Positions 9,016-19,353 of a stretch of 64,000 bases of DNA are shown here, piece after piece. Position numbers and translations under genes: made by a program. The notes beneath the pieces are model-generated. The model did not search any database, was not told where the DNA came from, and was given only the letters and a program-made list of their open reading frames with translations. Source of the DNA: Pelagomonas calceolata. Its lineage: Eukaryota. Numbering within the stretch: position 1 is the first letter of the stretch; each line of letters opens with the position of its first letter. The stretch spans positions 3,906,001 to 3,970,000 of the forward strand of contig CAKKNE010000004.1 of the NCBI GenBank assembly GCA_918797485.1. Reading direction: 5' to 3'.

Positions 9016-11790
9016 ATGCGCTTCCTGTCGATGGCTTTGCTGTGCATGGCTGCCAGGTGCACCAATGCGTTGCGCGGCGCAGCGGTGCGCAACTTGCGCG
9101 GTGTGACGCGCGCGCACGGAGGTAGACTGACCGCAGCACTGCAGAAAAACAGGGCGAGCCTCGCAGCACTACAGCACAGATGGACAACACATCTCGCAGC
9201 CACGGGCGACGCGGCCGTCGACGCGATCGATACTGATGCCGCTATACAGACTGTAAATGACGCGCAGTGGGCACCTATCTTACAGGAAATAAGAGGCAAG
9301 GCGGGCGGCCCCGGCGCCGTCGCGGCACTGAGACGAGCCGTAGACAAGTACGGGGAAGCGCCCGACGCGGCCTACGCGAGCTGCTTCCCCTTTGAGCTAG
9401 ATGAGTATCAAATCGAGGCGTTACGACATTTGAGGAATGACAGTAACGTGATCGTGTCAGCGCCTACAGGCAGCGGGAAGACCGTCGCTGGTGAATTGGC
9501 CATCGCGTATGCCTTGGCCCAGGACAAACGAGTCCTGTATACGACTCCCTTGAAAGCGCTGTCGAACCAGAAGTTCGAGGACTTTTGTAGGTTCTTCGGG
9601 AGTGAGAACGTGGGATTATCTACCGGAGACTCCGGCGTGCGCCGGGACGCTCCTGTTGTCGTGATGACGACGGAGATCTATCGAAATATGTTGTATGAGG
9701 ACGCGCCTACACCCTTCGCCGTCGTCTTTGATGAATTTCACTACATGAACGATCCCTCAAGAGGCACGGTCTGGGAGGAGTCCGTGATTTCTTCTTCGGT
9801 CGAGACGAAGCTCGTCGCGTTATCTGCTACTGTCAGTAATGATGAACAATTGAAGGGCTGGATGCGGAAGGTCCACGGGCCGACGGAGGTCGTTTCTTCG
9901 TCATTTAGACCGGTGCCGTTGCGATATGAATTTGCGTGCGGGGTGCTGCGGGACGTCGTGCCGTTGTTTCGCGCCGCGGACGTCGGTCCCGGGAGTCCTC
10001 GAGAGGCCGACGACGTGAAGAACGGCGGCGCGCGCCAGCGCGCCAAGAAAAGATTAAGGTTGAACCCGCTGCTCGAACAAGTGATGGACCGGAGCGAGGC
10101 CCCCCGGCGGCGGGGCCGCGGTAAGAAGTCCAACGACCGCGCGCGCGACCGTACACCTACAGCGATGCGCTGCGCCGACGTGGCCCGCGACCTCCAGCGA
10201 CGGGACTTGCTACCAGCAATATTCTTCGTATTTTCGAGGAGGGGCTGCGAGGAGGAGGCGAAGAGGGTGGGGAGTTCACTACAACTACTCACACGAGACG
10301 AAGAGGTGGAGGCGCGTCAAATCATACAAAATTGGGCGCTGGACAACGAGGCCGTCGCTTCACTAGACTCGGAGAACGAGCGCATTCAATTGCTCACGAG
10401 AGGTGTCGCGGCCCACCACGCCGGCCTCCTGCCGCAGTACAAGACGCTCGTAGAGGACCTCTTCAAGAAAGGATTAGTAAAAGCATGCTTCGCGACCGAG
10501 ACGCTCGCGGCGGGAGTTAATTTGCCTGCCAGGACGACTATAATAACATCATTAAGGAAGCGCGGCGACGACGGTATCAAACCACTCACGACGGCGGGCC
10601 TGCTGCAGATGGCCGGGCGCGCGGGTAGGAGGGGCAAAGATAAAGCCGGCACGGTCCTGGTCATGCGCGGCCACCGCGGCGGTTCAAATGATGCCGATCT
10701 AGCGCGGCGCATCTTGCTGGCGAAGGTGGCTCCTATTTCATCACACTTCGCGCCGTCCTACGGCATGGCCTGTGCGTTACTGAGGAGGCACTCTGGAAGT
10801 TTGGAGCGGTGTCAGAGGTTGGTGGAGCGATCGTTTGGAAGCTATCTGGCGAAACGAGGCGTCACGAAGGAGAGCGACGTCGATACGTACCTGAAATTGG
10901 TGAATGAGGCCCAGGTACGGGCCGATGTTTATGAGAAGCTCTTCGACGATCCCGCAACATCTGTAGACGTGTTGGCACGGGAGAAGGCTTCACTGCGAGA
11001 GGCGCAGCGGGACTTACTTGCGTCGCCCATCGCCCAGCTCCCGCAAGAGCAACAGCGCCAGGTTTTAGAAACGCGGAGAGAACGCAAAGAAAGTAGAGAG
11101 TCGCCCGACTGGCGCAGCTTCGTGGCCATCACTGGTGTACTAAAACAGTTCGACGCGATCGATGGAGACAACACCGTGACGCAGCTGGGCGCGCTCGTCG
11201 CCTCAATAAAGGGCGACAACGAGCTGTTATTGGCTCTTGCTCTGTTAGATGAGGCGACGCTGGAAGTGGCAACCCAAGGATCGCCCGACGAGTTCGCGGC
11301 GCTGTGTTCGGCCTTCGTGTCGGAGGTCGGAAGTAGACCAGGGGCCTTCGTGGACTACGGGCCGACGCCGCGCGTGCGGTCCGCTGTGGATGAGCTCTGG
11401 CGTTGTGTACTGCAGCCGCTCGCCGAGGCCCAGAGCGACGCTGGTTTAGGCCCGGAAGACGGCCTGCATCTACGCTTGGACGATAGCGCGGCGGGGTTGG
11501 TCGAGGCCTGGGCCTCTGGAGCGGTTTCGTGGGAGCAGCTGTCGGAGTCGACATCTTTAGATCATGGTGATTTGATAAGATTATTGAGACGGACGCTGGA
11601 CGTGCTGCGGACGACGGCGGGCCTCGACGCTTCTATATTACCGGAGGCGTTCGCGCCTATTCGCGACGTCGCGCGGCGCGCGGCCGTCGCGATCGACCGG
11701 CCGCCGGTCCACGACACGACGTACGACGCGATCTTCGTGCCGGACGATGAGTATCTCTCGGAGGACGACGACGACGACGAGAGCGATTAA
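9016..11790 (+). CDS. Ski2-like DExH RNA helicase (ISE2/HelY-like), probably organellar
   Basis: APTGSGKT, PLKALSNQK, DEFH, LSAT, FATETLAAGVN, QMAGRAGRRG, C-terminal DSHCT-like GDLIRLLRRTLDVL; signal-like N-terminus. Confidence 0.92.
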   Translation: MRFLSMALLCMAARCTNALRGAAVRNLRGVTRAHGGRLTAALQKNRASLAALQHRWTTHLAATGDAAVDAIDTDAAIQTVNDAQWAPILQEIRGKAGGPGAVAALRRAVDKYGEAPDAAYASCFPFELDEYQIEALRHLRNDSNVIVSAPTGSGKTVAGELAIAYALAQDKRVLYTTPLKALSNQKFEDFCRFFGSENVGLSTGDSGVRRDAPVVVMTTEIYRNMLYEDAPTPFAVVFDEFHYMNDPSRGTVWEESVISSSVETKLVALSATVSNDEQLKGWMRKVHGPTEVVSSSFRPVPLRYEFACGVLRDVVPLFRAADVGPGSPREADDVKNGGARQRAKKRLRLNPLLEQVMDRSEAPRRRGRGKKSNDRARDRTPTAMRCADVARDLQRRDLLPAIFFVFSRRGCEEEAKRVGSSLQLLTRDEEVEARQIIQNWALDNEAVASLDSENERIQLLTRGVAAHHAGLLPQYKTLVEDLFKKGLVKACFATETLAAGVNLPARTTIITSLRKRGDDGIKPLTTAGLLQMAGRAGRRGKDKAGTVLVMRGHRGGSNDADLARRILLAKVAPISSHFAPSYGMACALLRRHSGSLERCQRLVERSFGSYLAKRGVTKESDVDTYLKLVNEAQVRADVYEKLFDDPATSVDVLAREKASLREAQRDLLASPIAQLPQEQQRQVLETRRERKESRESPDWRSFVAITGVLKQFDAIDGDNTVTQLGALVASIKGDNELLLALALLDEATLEVATQGSPDEFAALCSAFVSEVGSRPGAFVDYGPTPRVRSAVDELWRCVLQPLAEAQSDAGLGPEDGLHLRLDDSAAGLVEAWASGAVSWEQLSESTSLDHGDLIRLLRRTLDVLRTTAGLDASILPEAFAPIRDVARRAAVAIDRPPVHDTTYDAIFVPDDEYLSEDDDDDESD

Positions 11791-11964
11791 TGTGTGTTCA
11801 TAACGCGTATGCGCTAGCGGCTGTAAGGCACTAGCAAGCCGAGCTCGAGCTGCAGCCGCTGCAAAGTGCCTCTGCAACGCCGACTGGTGCAAGAGATTGG
11901 CGTGAAGACACTGCCCACAACTCGCCTTTGCACCTCTGCTAGTAAGAAGAACCGAACAGCACCA

Positions 11965-12918
11965 ATGCGGCCAGCACTCCTGCTGGCAGCATTGCTGCAA
12001 GTGACAGCACTGGGCCCAACAACCGTGCCCTGTTCCAACAAAGACGTGGCGAACGGCATAAGAGACGGCCTCCAGTCGGCCCTACGTAGTCGAAAATCAA
12101 GACTCGCGGTCGAGCTGCCGCCAGGCGCGCCGCTCGCCCTGCGCGGCGGCGACGACGACGCGGGCTTCGGCTGGTTCAAGAAGAAGGAGACGGAGACGGC
12201 GAAGATCGTCAAGGGCGACCGCGCGCTGGCCGACTTCCTGTCGCTGCTCTTCCCGGACGATTTCAAGATTGGCGCGGTGTATGCCTCGGAAGAAGCGGCC
12301 GTGGCCGCGGCCGCCGCGGACAAGACGAAAGGGGCACGCGCGCTCATCGCGGCGCTGAACCCCGACGGAGCTGTAAGTGTAGGCGGCGGCGCCAAGAAAG
12401 TGAAGAAGAAGTCGCGGCGCAAGCCAAAAACAACAGCTTCCGGCTTCGGTGCGTCATCAGCCACAGTCGTGGAGGCCCCGAAGAAGCTCTGGTGCCCGGC
12501 GCTCGGGCTCCCGGAGCCGTGCGAAGTGATCTTGATTATCGGTGGACTCGACGCGCAATGTGCAGAGACCGTCGACGCTGCGGCCAATGAACTCGGCGAC
12601 GACGTCGCGATCGTGCTGTGCAATTCGAGGAGGGACGGCCTGTCCGCGCGGCCCGGTTCGATCGAGGGCGACGCCATGTGGCTGCCGGCCTTCGCGCTGT
12701 CGCCGCCGCCGCCGCCCGCTTCTGGTGATGACGCGTCGGATCTCGTGGCGGCCTTTTCCCACCCCGGGCCCTGGGCCATCGGCAAGCCCAAGGCCATCGG
12801 GGGCGGCGCGGACACGCTCTGGACCGGCGACGCGCCCCCTTCCTCAACAGATGTGGACGCGGCGCTGGCCGCGGTCGACGACCCGCTCGCGGGCGTCAAG
12901 AACATGTTCTCTAGATAA
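11965..12918 (+). CDS. Signal-peptide protein, possibly DUF1995-like plastid protein
   Basis: MRPALLLAALLQVTAL signal peptide; SRLAVELPPG and IVLCN segments resemble DUF1995 (tentative). Confidence 0.55.
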   Translation: MRPALLLAALLQVTALGPTTVPCSNKDVANGIRDGLQSALRSRKSRLAVELPPGAPLALRGGDDDAGFGWFKKKETETAKIVKGDRALADFLSLLFPDDFKIGAVYASEEAAVAAAAADKTKGARALIAALNPDGAVSVGGGAKKVKKKSRRKPKTTASGFGASSATVVEAPKKLWCPALGLPEPCEVILIIGGLDAQCAETVDAAANELGDDVAIVLCNSRRDGLSARPGSIEGDAMWLPAFALSPPPPPASGDDASDLVAAFSHPGPWAIGKPKAIGGGADTLWTGDAPPSSTDVDAALAAVDDPLAGVKNMFSR

Positions 12919-12928
12919 GACACATTTA

Positions 12929-13891
12929 CTAAGAGGAGACGGATGAATAGGCCCGCCCCGCCAGCTCGAGCGCCGCCGGCTCGCCGAGGGGCAGGACGTC
13001 GTTGTAGAACCAGGGCAGCGTCCCCTGGATCGGCGCGTTCATGAGCACGCGCGCGAACCACTTCGGCGGCGTGAAGAAGGCCGACAGGCCCTCCCTGCGG
13101 TAGGCCTCGCCCACGATGGCCCTATAATTCGCGTTCCGCCCGCCGCCCTCCTCGACGTAGTTCAACACTCTACCCCAGAGCGACTGCTGCGTGATGGCCA
13201 CGACGTTGCCCGCGAAGATGTTCACGGAGAGGCCAAACCAAAACAGCGACGAGTGCGACTTGTGCTCCTGCGGGAAGGCGTGCAGGAACAACAGGGGCGT
13301 CGCGACGAAGGACGTCGTCGACATGACCGCATTTCTGGCACTATTAGCAACGAACGCCGGCCCGCACGCCCGGCCCAGCGCGCTCCAGCCCAATTGCCGT
13401 TCTATCGCGGCTGACTTCCCCAGGCCCCAGAAGCGCTGCGTCTCGGCCCTATTAGAGACCACAGATTCGATCGTGCCCGCCGTGATCGGCGCCAGGATAG
13501 CTTTGCACGCTGTAGCTACACCAAATGACGAATTTTGGGAAGGAGGCTCCATGAGCTGGTCCCCGTACGGCATGCGCTGCGTCCCCAACGAGGCAGATAA
13601 AGCAGCATCCACCGTCTGAAACACAAAACCCATCACCGAGTACTGGAGAAACCACGCCGTTATGGAAGCAGGCCCGACCGTTCGGTACGGTGCCAGCAAC
13701 CCTTCCTTCGTCGCGATCTTCCAGGCCTGGCCGAGCTGGTTCTTGCCAGACGATACCAATGAGCTGTTCGCGATCATGGCCACTTTTTCAAGAGGCATCG
13801 TGCAGTACCTGACGACGACGGCGTACACCCCCAATCCCACGGAGCGGTACGTCGTCTGGCAGGGCGTCACGAGGTTTTCTGGGAGCGACAT
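12929..13891 (-). CDS. Divergent mitochondrial-carrier-like membrane protein
   Basis: About 320 aa, several hydrophobic segments, MPLEKV and KEGLLAPYR / REGLSAFF carrier-like motifs. Confidence 0.55.
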   Translation of the reverse strand: MSLPENLVTPCQTTYRSVGLGVYAVVVRYCTMPLEKVAMIANSSLVSSGKNQLGQAWKIATKEGLLAPYRTVGPASITAWFLQYSVMGFVFQTVDAALSASLGTQRMPYGDQLMEPPSQNSSFGVATACKAILAPITAGTIESVVSNRAETQRFWGLGKSAAIERQLGWSALGRACGPAFVANSARNAVMSTTSFVATPLLFLHAFPQEHKSHSSLFWFGLSVNIFAGNVVAITQQSLWGRVLNYVEEGGGRNANYRAIVGEAYRREGLSAFFTPPKWFARVLMNAPIQGTLPWFYNDVLPLGEPAALELAGRAYSSVSS

Positions 13892-14401
13892 CGTGCACTG
13901 GTGTTGCTTGGAGCGTTTCGGAAACCGCTCTTGCAGCGCGTGCACTGGCGACTGAGCTGAGTTAGGCTCTCTACGTGCAAACTGAACAGCGCAAACGTGT
14001 CTCACGCTGCCACGGGCCTTGTGCACAGCGACACAGCTCTAGGCACTTGACTATAGACGCAGTATCGGCGCGATTTCAAGCCGAGTGCGGCCAAAAAACT
14101 GAGGCACGGGTTTTGCGTATCGAAATCAAATGAGCTCGTTCGTTCGTTTTTTTTCGTTTTCCGACGGGTGTGGACGGCTCTCGAAGCACGGGTGTGTTCG
14201 TTTGCTTTGGCAGCGCCTGCAGGCAGTCAAAAGCACAATCTGCACTCGAAATACGCGCGCGCTAAGGCCAAACAGGAGTTATAGGGCGCTTCGAGAAGAG
14301 TTATATATCGCTGCGACTCGACTGTCAAAGCTGCGACAGCGTAACTGGCCGCTGCAGAGAGCCAGACCCCGGTCAAATCGAAAATCCAACGCGGCGCATC
14401 G

Positions 14402-15538
14402 ATGGCGGACGAGACCGACGAGGCCACAACGCCATTGCGCACAGACGAGACCGACGAAGCCACGACGCCGCTGCGCGAAAACACCGAAGCGGACGAGCAG
14501 CGCGTTCCGCTCGACACCTCGCTCACGTCGCCGTCGCTCGCGCTCAGCGTCACAAGTGAAGACAATGAGGCGACGGAGCGGTTGTGGCGGACGTGGCCGG
14601 GCCGGAACCGCTTTTTTATGGATGGAAGAATGATGCTAGGCGCGGACGTCTTTCAATTACACGTCTCGAGTTTTATGATCCTCCTACCAGTCGTCTTATT
14701 CTGCTGGCGCTACGAGGGGCCGTCTTCATCAATCACGCTCTACGTCAAGGTTGTAGGATTTACACTCGGCGTCATCTGCCTCGCATCATTATGGAAAGTA
14801 GCGCTGCGCGACCCCGGCATCCTACCGCGACGGAGCTGGGAGAACAAATATACGGATACGGAGGACGAGCACTACGAGCCCCTACTCCCCGAGGGCTGGC
14901 GCCGCTTCCACGACGACGAGACGGGGCTGCCGTACTATTTTCGCGAGTCCGACGGGGAAACGGCGTGGGAGATTCCCCAGTGGTGTGCTACTTGTTGTAG
15001 GCCTAGGCCGCCTCGTTCCAAACACTGCGCCGTCTGCGACAACTGCGTCTGTCGCTTCGACCACCATTGCCCCTGGACGGGGACGTGTATTGGGGAAAGG
15101 AACTATCTCTCGTTCTTAGCTTTTTTGGCCTGGACGTGTCTGGCGTGTCTGTTCTTGGATGGGGCGTTGTTGCATGAATTATATCGAGCAGATAAAGCGG
15201 AGGCGTCTTCGGTCAAGGACGCTTTTATAGATTGGGCGACGGCAAAACCATTAGCCGCGGGCCTCGCCCTCTACCTGTCGTTCCTGCTCGTTTCATTAAT
15301 TGCTTTATTAGGCTACCATCTGCGGCTGGTGGCCCTCGGCGAGACGACGAACGAACGGGTGAAGGGCGTCTGGAAGGGCAAAGCGAAGCCGCACGACCGG
15401 GGGTGCTGCGGGAATTATGCCTTGTTGTTGCGGGAGGCCGTGCCGCCGTCGCGCCTTCCGAACATGCGGCGGCGCGTGCGGCGCACGGCGGCGGCGTCGA
15501 CACCTCCCGAAGATGCGAGCGAGGACGGGGGTGAGTAA
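14402..15538 (+). CDS. DHHC palmitoyltransferase with inserted WW domain
   Basis: DPGILP, C..C...[41 protein letters not shown] motif LPEGW...PYYF....GETAWEIP. Confidence 0.95.
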   Translation: MADETDEATTPLRTDETDEATTPLRENTEADEQRVPLDTSLTSPSLALSVTSEDNEATERLWRTWPGRNRFFMDGRMMLGADVFQLHVSSFMILLPVVLFCWRYEGPSSSITLYVKVVGFTLGVICLASLWKVALRDPGILPRRSWENKYTDTEDEHYEPLLPEGWRRFHDDETGLPYYFRESDGETAWEIPQWCATCCRPRPPRSKHCAVCDNCVCRFDHHCPWTGTCIGERNYLSFLAFLAWTCLACLFLDGALLHELYRADKAEASSVKDAFIDWATAKPLAAGLALYLSFLLVSLIALLGYHLRLVALGETTNERVKGVWKGKAKPHDRGCCGNYALLLREAVPPSRLPNMRRRVRRTAAASTPPEDASEDGGE

Positions 15539-15562
15539 TTTGTGTTGAAATATTGGCTAGTA

Positions 15563-16040
15563 TTACGCACTCCCCGTCGACGGCGCCTCGCGGGCGCGGA
15601 GCACTGTGCGCGCGTCTCGCAAATCCTCCTCAATCGCCTTTGCGGTGGGGTGAGCGCCGCCGAGCAGGCGCCGCGCGGTCGGTGACACATCCTCGAGTGT
15701 CGATACGGCCTCGCGGAGACCGTCGAGCGTGGCGTCGGTGTCCAGGAAGAGCGCCTTCGCGGAAACCCACCTCAACTTGAGTGTGACTCTATGACCCTCG
15801 CCGAGAACGCGTCGCGCCACGGGCACCGTTTTACGCAGCAGAGACTTGGCTTCTTCGAACCGACTAATATCGACGAGCGCCCACGCGTAGTTGTTGGCTT
15901 CAAAGAGGGTATCTCTATGATGTTTACCGAAGAGCTTCACGTTCCCAAGATACACGTCTCGAGCCATGCTTGTGCTCTCTTCGAACCGTCCAAGCCTTGC
16001 ATACGTGATCGCAAGATTGCTCTGCGCGATGAATATGCTT
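15563..16040 (-). pseudogene. 5'-truncated TPR gene fragment, same family as 1076-1692
   Basis: QSNLAITYARLGRFEE, LFGKHHRDTL, RRVLGEGHRVTL, RRLLGGAHP repeats; upstream part of the ORF is unrelated and lacks a convincing ATG; 5' boundary approximate. Confidence 0.6.
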
Positions 16041-16236
16041 AGGAGGCGGCCGATTTTGATCTGTGCGAGATGATCCGGGCGCCCGTCTTCGTCCGCGGCA
16101 AGGCGGGCTTCGCGGCGCTCGCCGAGGGATTGCGAGACTTCGCCCATAAAGAAACGGTCAGCGACCTCGCGGGGCTCGACGCCGCGTTCGTGGGCCAGCG
16201 GGAGATGGACAACTGGGCGACGATTACGTAACAACA

Positions 16237-18915
16237 CTACAACTTAAGGTCATCGACCACGGACGCCTTCCCGATGCCCCCGACGATGCGATGCAGGTCG
16301 GACTTCCCCGCGTCCTCGGGGAGCGTGAGCCGCTCGCCCAGCAGCCCATCCAATGCTTCCATGGCCCGCACGCAGTGCCCCGCCACGACCTCATCCTTAT
16401 CTTCCACACCACTCTTGAGCCGCTTGCAGAGCTTGGCCGTTTCCTTTGGATAAGCGTCGAGGAACGCGCCGGTCACGAGGGCCGCCCCTAAAAAGGCCGC
16501 GCCGCGCTTTGTAACGTCGTCGCGCCCGTCCAGGCCCGCCATAGCTAGATCCAATGCATCTAGACCCCAGCCATCGACGTCGCGGCAGAGCGGCGCGAGC
16601 TCCGATAAGCAAGAAAGGCACGCGAGGCGGTCGCGCTCCGCCCTGTCGTTTGCGGCGCCCGCGGCGAAGGCCCTCCCTAGTTTCTGGGCGTAGGCCGGCG
16701 CCGCCTCGCCCCGCCGCCGCACGGACAGCACGAGGGCCTCGCCGAGGCGTCTTCTGGTTTTCTCGCGCTTTTCGGTCTCGAACTGCTCTAGTAAATAGGG
16801 CATGACCTCACCAGGTATCACGTCGGCGACCGCCGATAAGGCGTGCGCCGCCGCGAGGAAGACGTAGGACTCGTCGTCGCCCAGCGCTTTCACGCAGACG
16901 CGCGCGAGCGGCCGCCAGTCTAAAACCTCCTGTTCTTCGTCGACCTCGACGATCTTCGCTGCGTTCCGCGCGTCCCGCTTTGATACGAAAGCCCTAGCGA
17001 GCTTGGTTAACGAAACAACACCGTGCGCGCGCTCCGCGGGATGCGGATCTTTCAATGACTTCTCGGCCGCCAGCAGCGTGTCTTCCTCCTCTTGACTACT
17101 CTTTTGGGGAGCCATGCCTCTACATAAAATGCGCGCCCGGCAGTCGACGGCGAGCTGCGCGAAGGACGCCGCCCGGCGCGTCGGCGAGGACAGGGCCTCG
17201 AGCGGTTCTAATAAAGCTTTCAGCGCGGCTTCCTCGTCGTCGGCTCGCTTCGCGGCGCCGAGCTCGAGGATGCCCAGCACAGCGCCCAGAGCGACTCTTT
17301 CGAGCCCGGCCTCGTCGGCGTCCTCCTCGCCGCGTTGCAACGCTTGTGATGCGTCATCCAACACGGCCTTGAGCGTCCGCAACAAAGCTGAGCCCGAGAC
17401 CTCCATCGTGCCTCCATCGAGCTTCTCCGCGAGCGCGGCGACGAAGCGCAACTTATCAAAGTCCGGCATGGCATCATCCCGCTGCGCCCGCAGGAAATCC
17501 TCGAGCAACGCGGCGAAGACCGCGCCCGCCAGGGCCGGCGCCGCCAGATCAGTTAACACTATCAAAGCGCCCTCGACACAATCGTCCGGCGCTTTACTCA
17601 CGTCGAAGCGCACGCCGCCGTTTCCGCCGGAAGCGAAGGCGCCCTTGCCACCATCGAGGAAGGCCCGGACGAAGGCGGCGCCGTCGTCCTCCACTAAGGC
17701 CTTCAGCGCACTCCGCGCGTCCGTCGCGTAGGCGCTGCGCTTCGACTTTGTGGCGAAGGCCGCGAGCCCCGCGAGCCACCTCAGAATCGCGTCCGTTTTT
17801 AAACAAGCGCAGAGCCGCGGGTGGGCCGCCCTGCTTACGGCCGCGAGCTTCGCTAGGGTTGAGGCCACTTCCGCCTCGCCCGCGCCCAGCGCGATACTAG
17901 AGCGCAGCGCGGGCCACGTCGCCTCATCATCAGATAATCGAGCGAGCGCCGCCCGCGCGATGGTCGCGTGCGACGAGGCCGTCGCGTCTCCATCTTGAAT
18001 CGCGCCGCGCGCGGCCACGTCGTACAACTGCGGCGCGACGCTCCTCACGTAAACGTCGCGCTCTTCAATATCAGCCGGCCGCGCCGCCAGCGCCGCGGCG
18101 ACGCGCCGCTCCACGGCCCCCGCGTCGGCGTTCGTGCGCGCGGAGAGCTCGTCGGGCCCCGCGAACTCCGCGAGGACCGCGTCGACCGACCGCGCGGCCA
18201 CGCTGCCGAGGAGCCGGCCCATGCGCTTTGATAAATACGGGGGCGGCGGCGTCACGGAGCCGTCGTCGTTCAGCGTGCCTCCGAGTAATTCGCGGGCGGC
18301 GCGCGCGAGCCACGGCGTCGGCCACGCGTCATAACTCGTTTCTGACTGTGACGCTAACCGGGCAGCGACGGCGTCCGCGACGAAGCGTTGTGAAACTGTG
18401 GCGAGGGGCGGCGCGGCGACGACGCGCTCTAGTGAGATAGCGCACGCTTCCAGTCGCCGGCGCCTCTCGGCCTCGTCCAATGGCTGGGACGCGGCGAGCT
18501 TGGCCGCGCGCGCGCCCCACTTGCGCGCGACGTCCGGCAGCGCCGCGCCTCGTACGATGCCGCGCTGCGCCGTCGACCGCACGCCGGGCCCCGCGAGCGG
18601 CGCGACGCCCCACGCCGCCACCAGTTCCAGGCAGCCGTAGAGCGCCTGGAGCTCCGCGAGCGAGAGGCAGTCGGTGGGTGCCGGAGGTGGTGCGTTCGGC
18701 TTCCGTTCGACGGGCGCCGCCGGCGGGATGCTCTCGAGCGCGTCCAGGACGCCGTTCAGGCGCGGCAGCCAGCGCTGGCTCACGTCGGCCCAGCAGCTGT
18801 CGGCCGTGGCCGGCGCGTCGGCGGGCCAGCGCTTGAGATTTCGGATCTCGTAGATCAATGCTTGCGCGGCCTGTCGTAAGCCTGCCTCGCCGGAGAGGTT
18901 GTTGGTTGGGACCAT
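16237..18915 (-). CDS. TANGO6/Rtp1-like ARM/HEAT-repeat protein
   Basis: LKDPHPAERAHG...L, ALGDDESYVFLAA, RRLGEAL, RLACLSCL match the Rtp1/TANGO6 C-terminal blocks; first ATG 18915. Confidence 0.8.
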   Translation of the reverse strand: MVPTNNLSGEAGLRQAAQALIYEIRNLKRWPADAPATADSCWADVSQRWLPRLNGVLDALESIPPAAPVERKPNAPPPAPTDCLSLAELQALYGCLELVAAWGVAPLAGPGVRSTAQRGIVRGAALPDVARKWGARAAKLAASQPLDEAERRRRLEACAISLERVVAAPPLATVSQRFVADAVAARLASQSETSYDAWPTPWLARAARELLGGTLNDDGSVTPPPPYLSKRMGRLLGSVAARSVDAVLAEFAGPDELSARTNADAGAVERRVAAALAARPADIEERDVYVRSVAPQLYDVAARGAIQDGDATASSHATIARAALARLSDDEATWPALRSSIALGAGEAEVASTLAKLAAVSRAAHPRLCACLKTDAILRWLAGLAAFATKSKRSAYATDARSALKALVEDDGAAFVRAFLDGGKGAFASGGNGGVRFDVSKAPDDCVEGALIVLTDLAAPALAGAVFAALLEDFLRAQRDDAMPDFDKLRFVAALAEKLDGGTMEVSGSALLRTLKAVLDDASQALQRGEEDADEAGLERVALGAVLGILELGAAKRADDEEAALKALLEPLEALSSPTRRAASFAQLAVDCRARILCRGMAPQKSSQEEEDTLLAAEKSLKDPHPAERAHGVVSLTKLARAFVSKRDARNAAKIVEVDEEQEVLDWRPLARVCVKALGDDESYVFLAAAHALSAVADVIPGEVMPYLLEQFETEKREKTRRRLGEALVLSVRRRGEAAPAYAQKLGRAFAAGAANDRAERDRLACLSCLSELAPLCRDVDGWGLDALDLAMAGLDGRDDVTKRGAAFLGAALVTGAFLDAYPKETAKLCKRLKSGVEDKDEVVAGHCVRAMEALDGLLGERLTLPEDAGKSDLHRIVGGIGKASVVDDLKL

Positions 18916-19087
18916 CTCCTTTGCGATGCGCAGCGTGGTGTGGGGCGCTCGACGTGTGACTGCCTCACGCTCCAGGCAGTGGTGCAAGAGGTGCGCTCGA
19001 TAGCTGAGCTGTAAGAGAGTCTCGCCGGTGATCCTGCGTTCGCCTATGCAGCGTGTGGCGAGTTTTGGGTCGGCGGCGGCGATAAAG

Positions 19088-19109
19088 CTAGCGTCGTGTA
19101 AGACACTAG
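19088..19109. promoter_or_regulatory. Putative CTAG-dyad upstream motif
   Basis: CTAG-N6-GTAAGACACTAG between divergent TANGO6-like and ttcA genes. Confidence 0.55.
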
Positions 19110-19353
19110 CATGCGACTTTACGCGCTTGTCTGCTCTCTTGTCTGCTCAGGAGGAGTGATCTCAGTAATTGTGGAATCATTTCATTATCGCATTTCAGCG
19201 CTGCGACGGCTGCGCCTCGAATTCTACGACGTTGAGGCATTCTACAGCGCGAATTGCAAGCACTGTCCAGACTGCAACGCAGCGCTTTTGCGGCGCAGTA
19301 CACACGGTGACGGATAGGACGCGTGCGAGACTCTTAATCGTGGTGCTACAGCG

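Noticed and set aside
14408..14476. [11 protein letters not shown] duplicated at the DHHC N-terminus
   Set aside because: Simple 36-nt tandem duplication in a probably disordered tail
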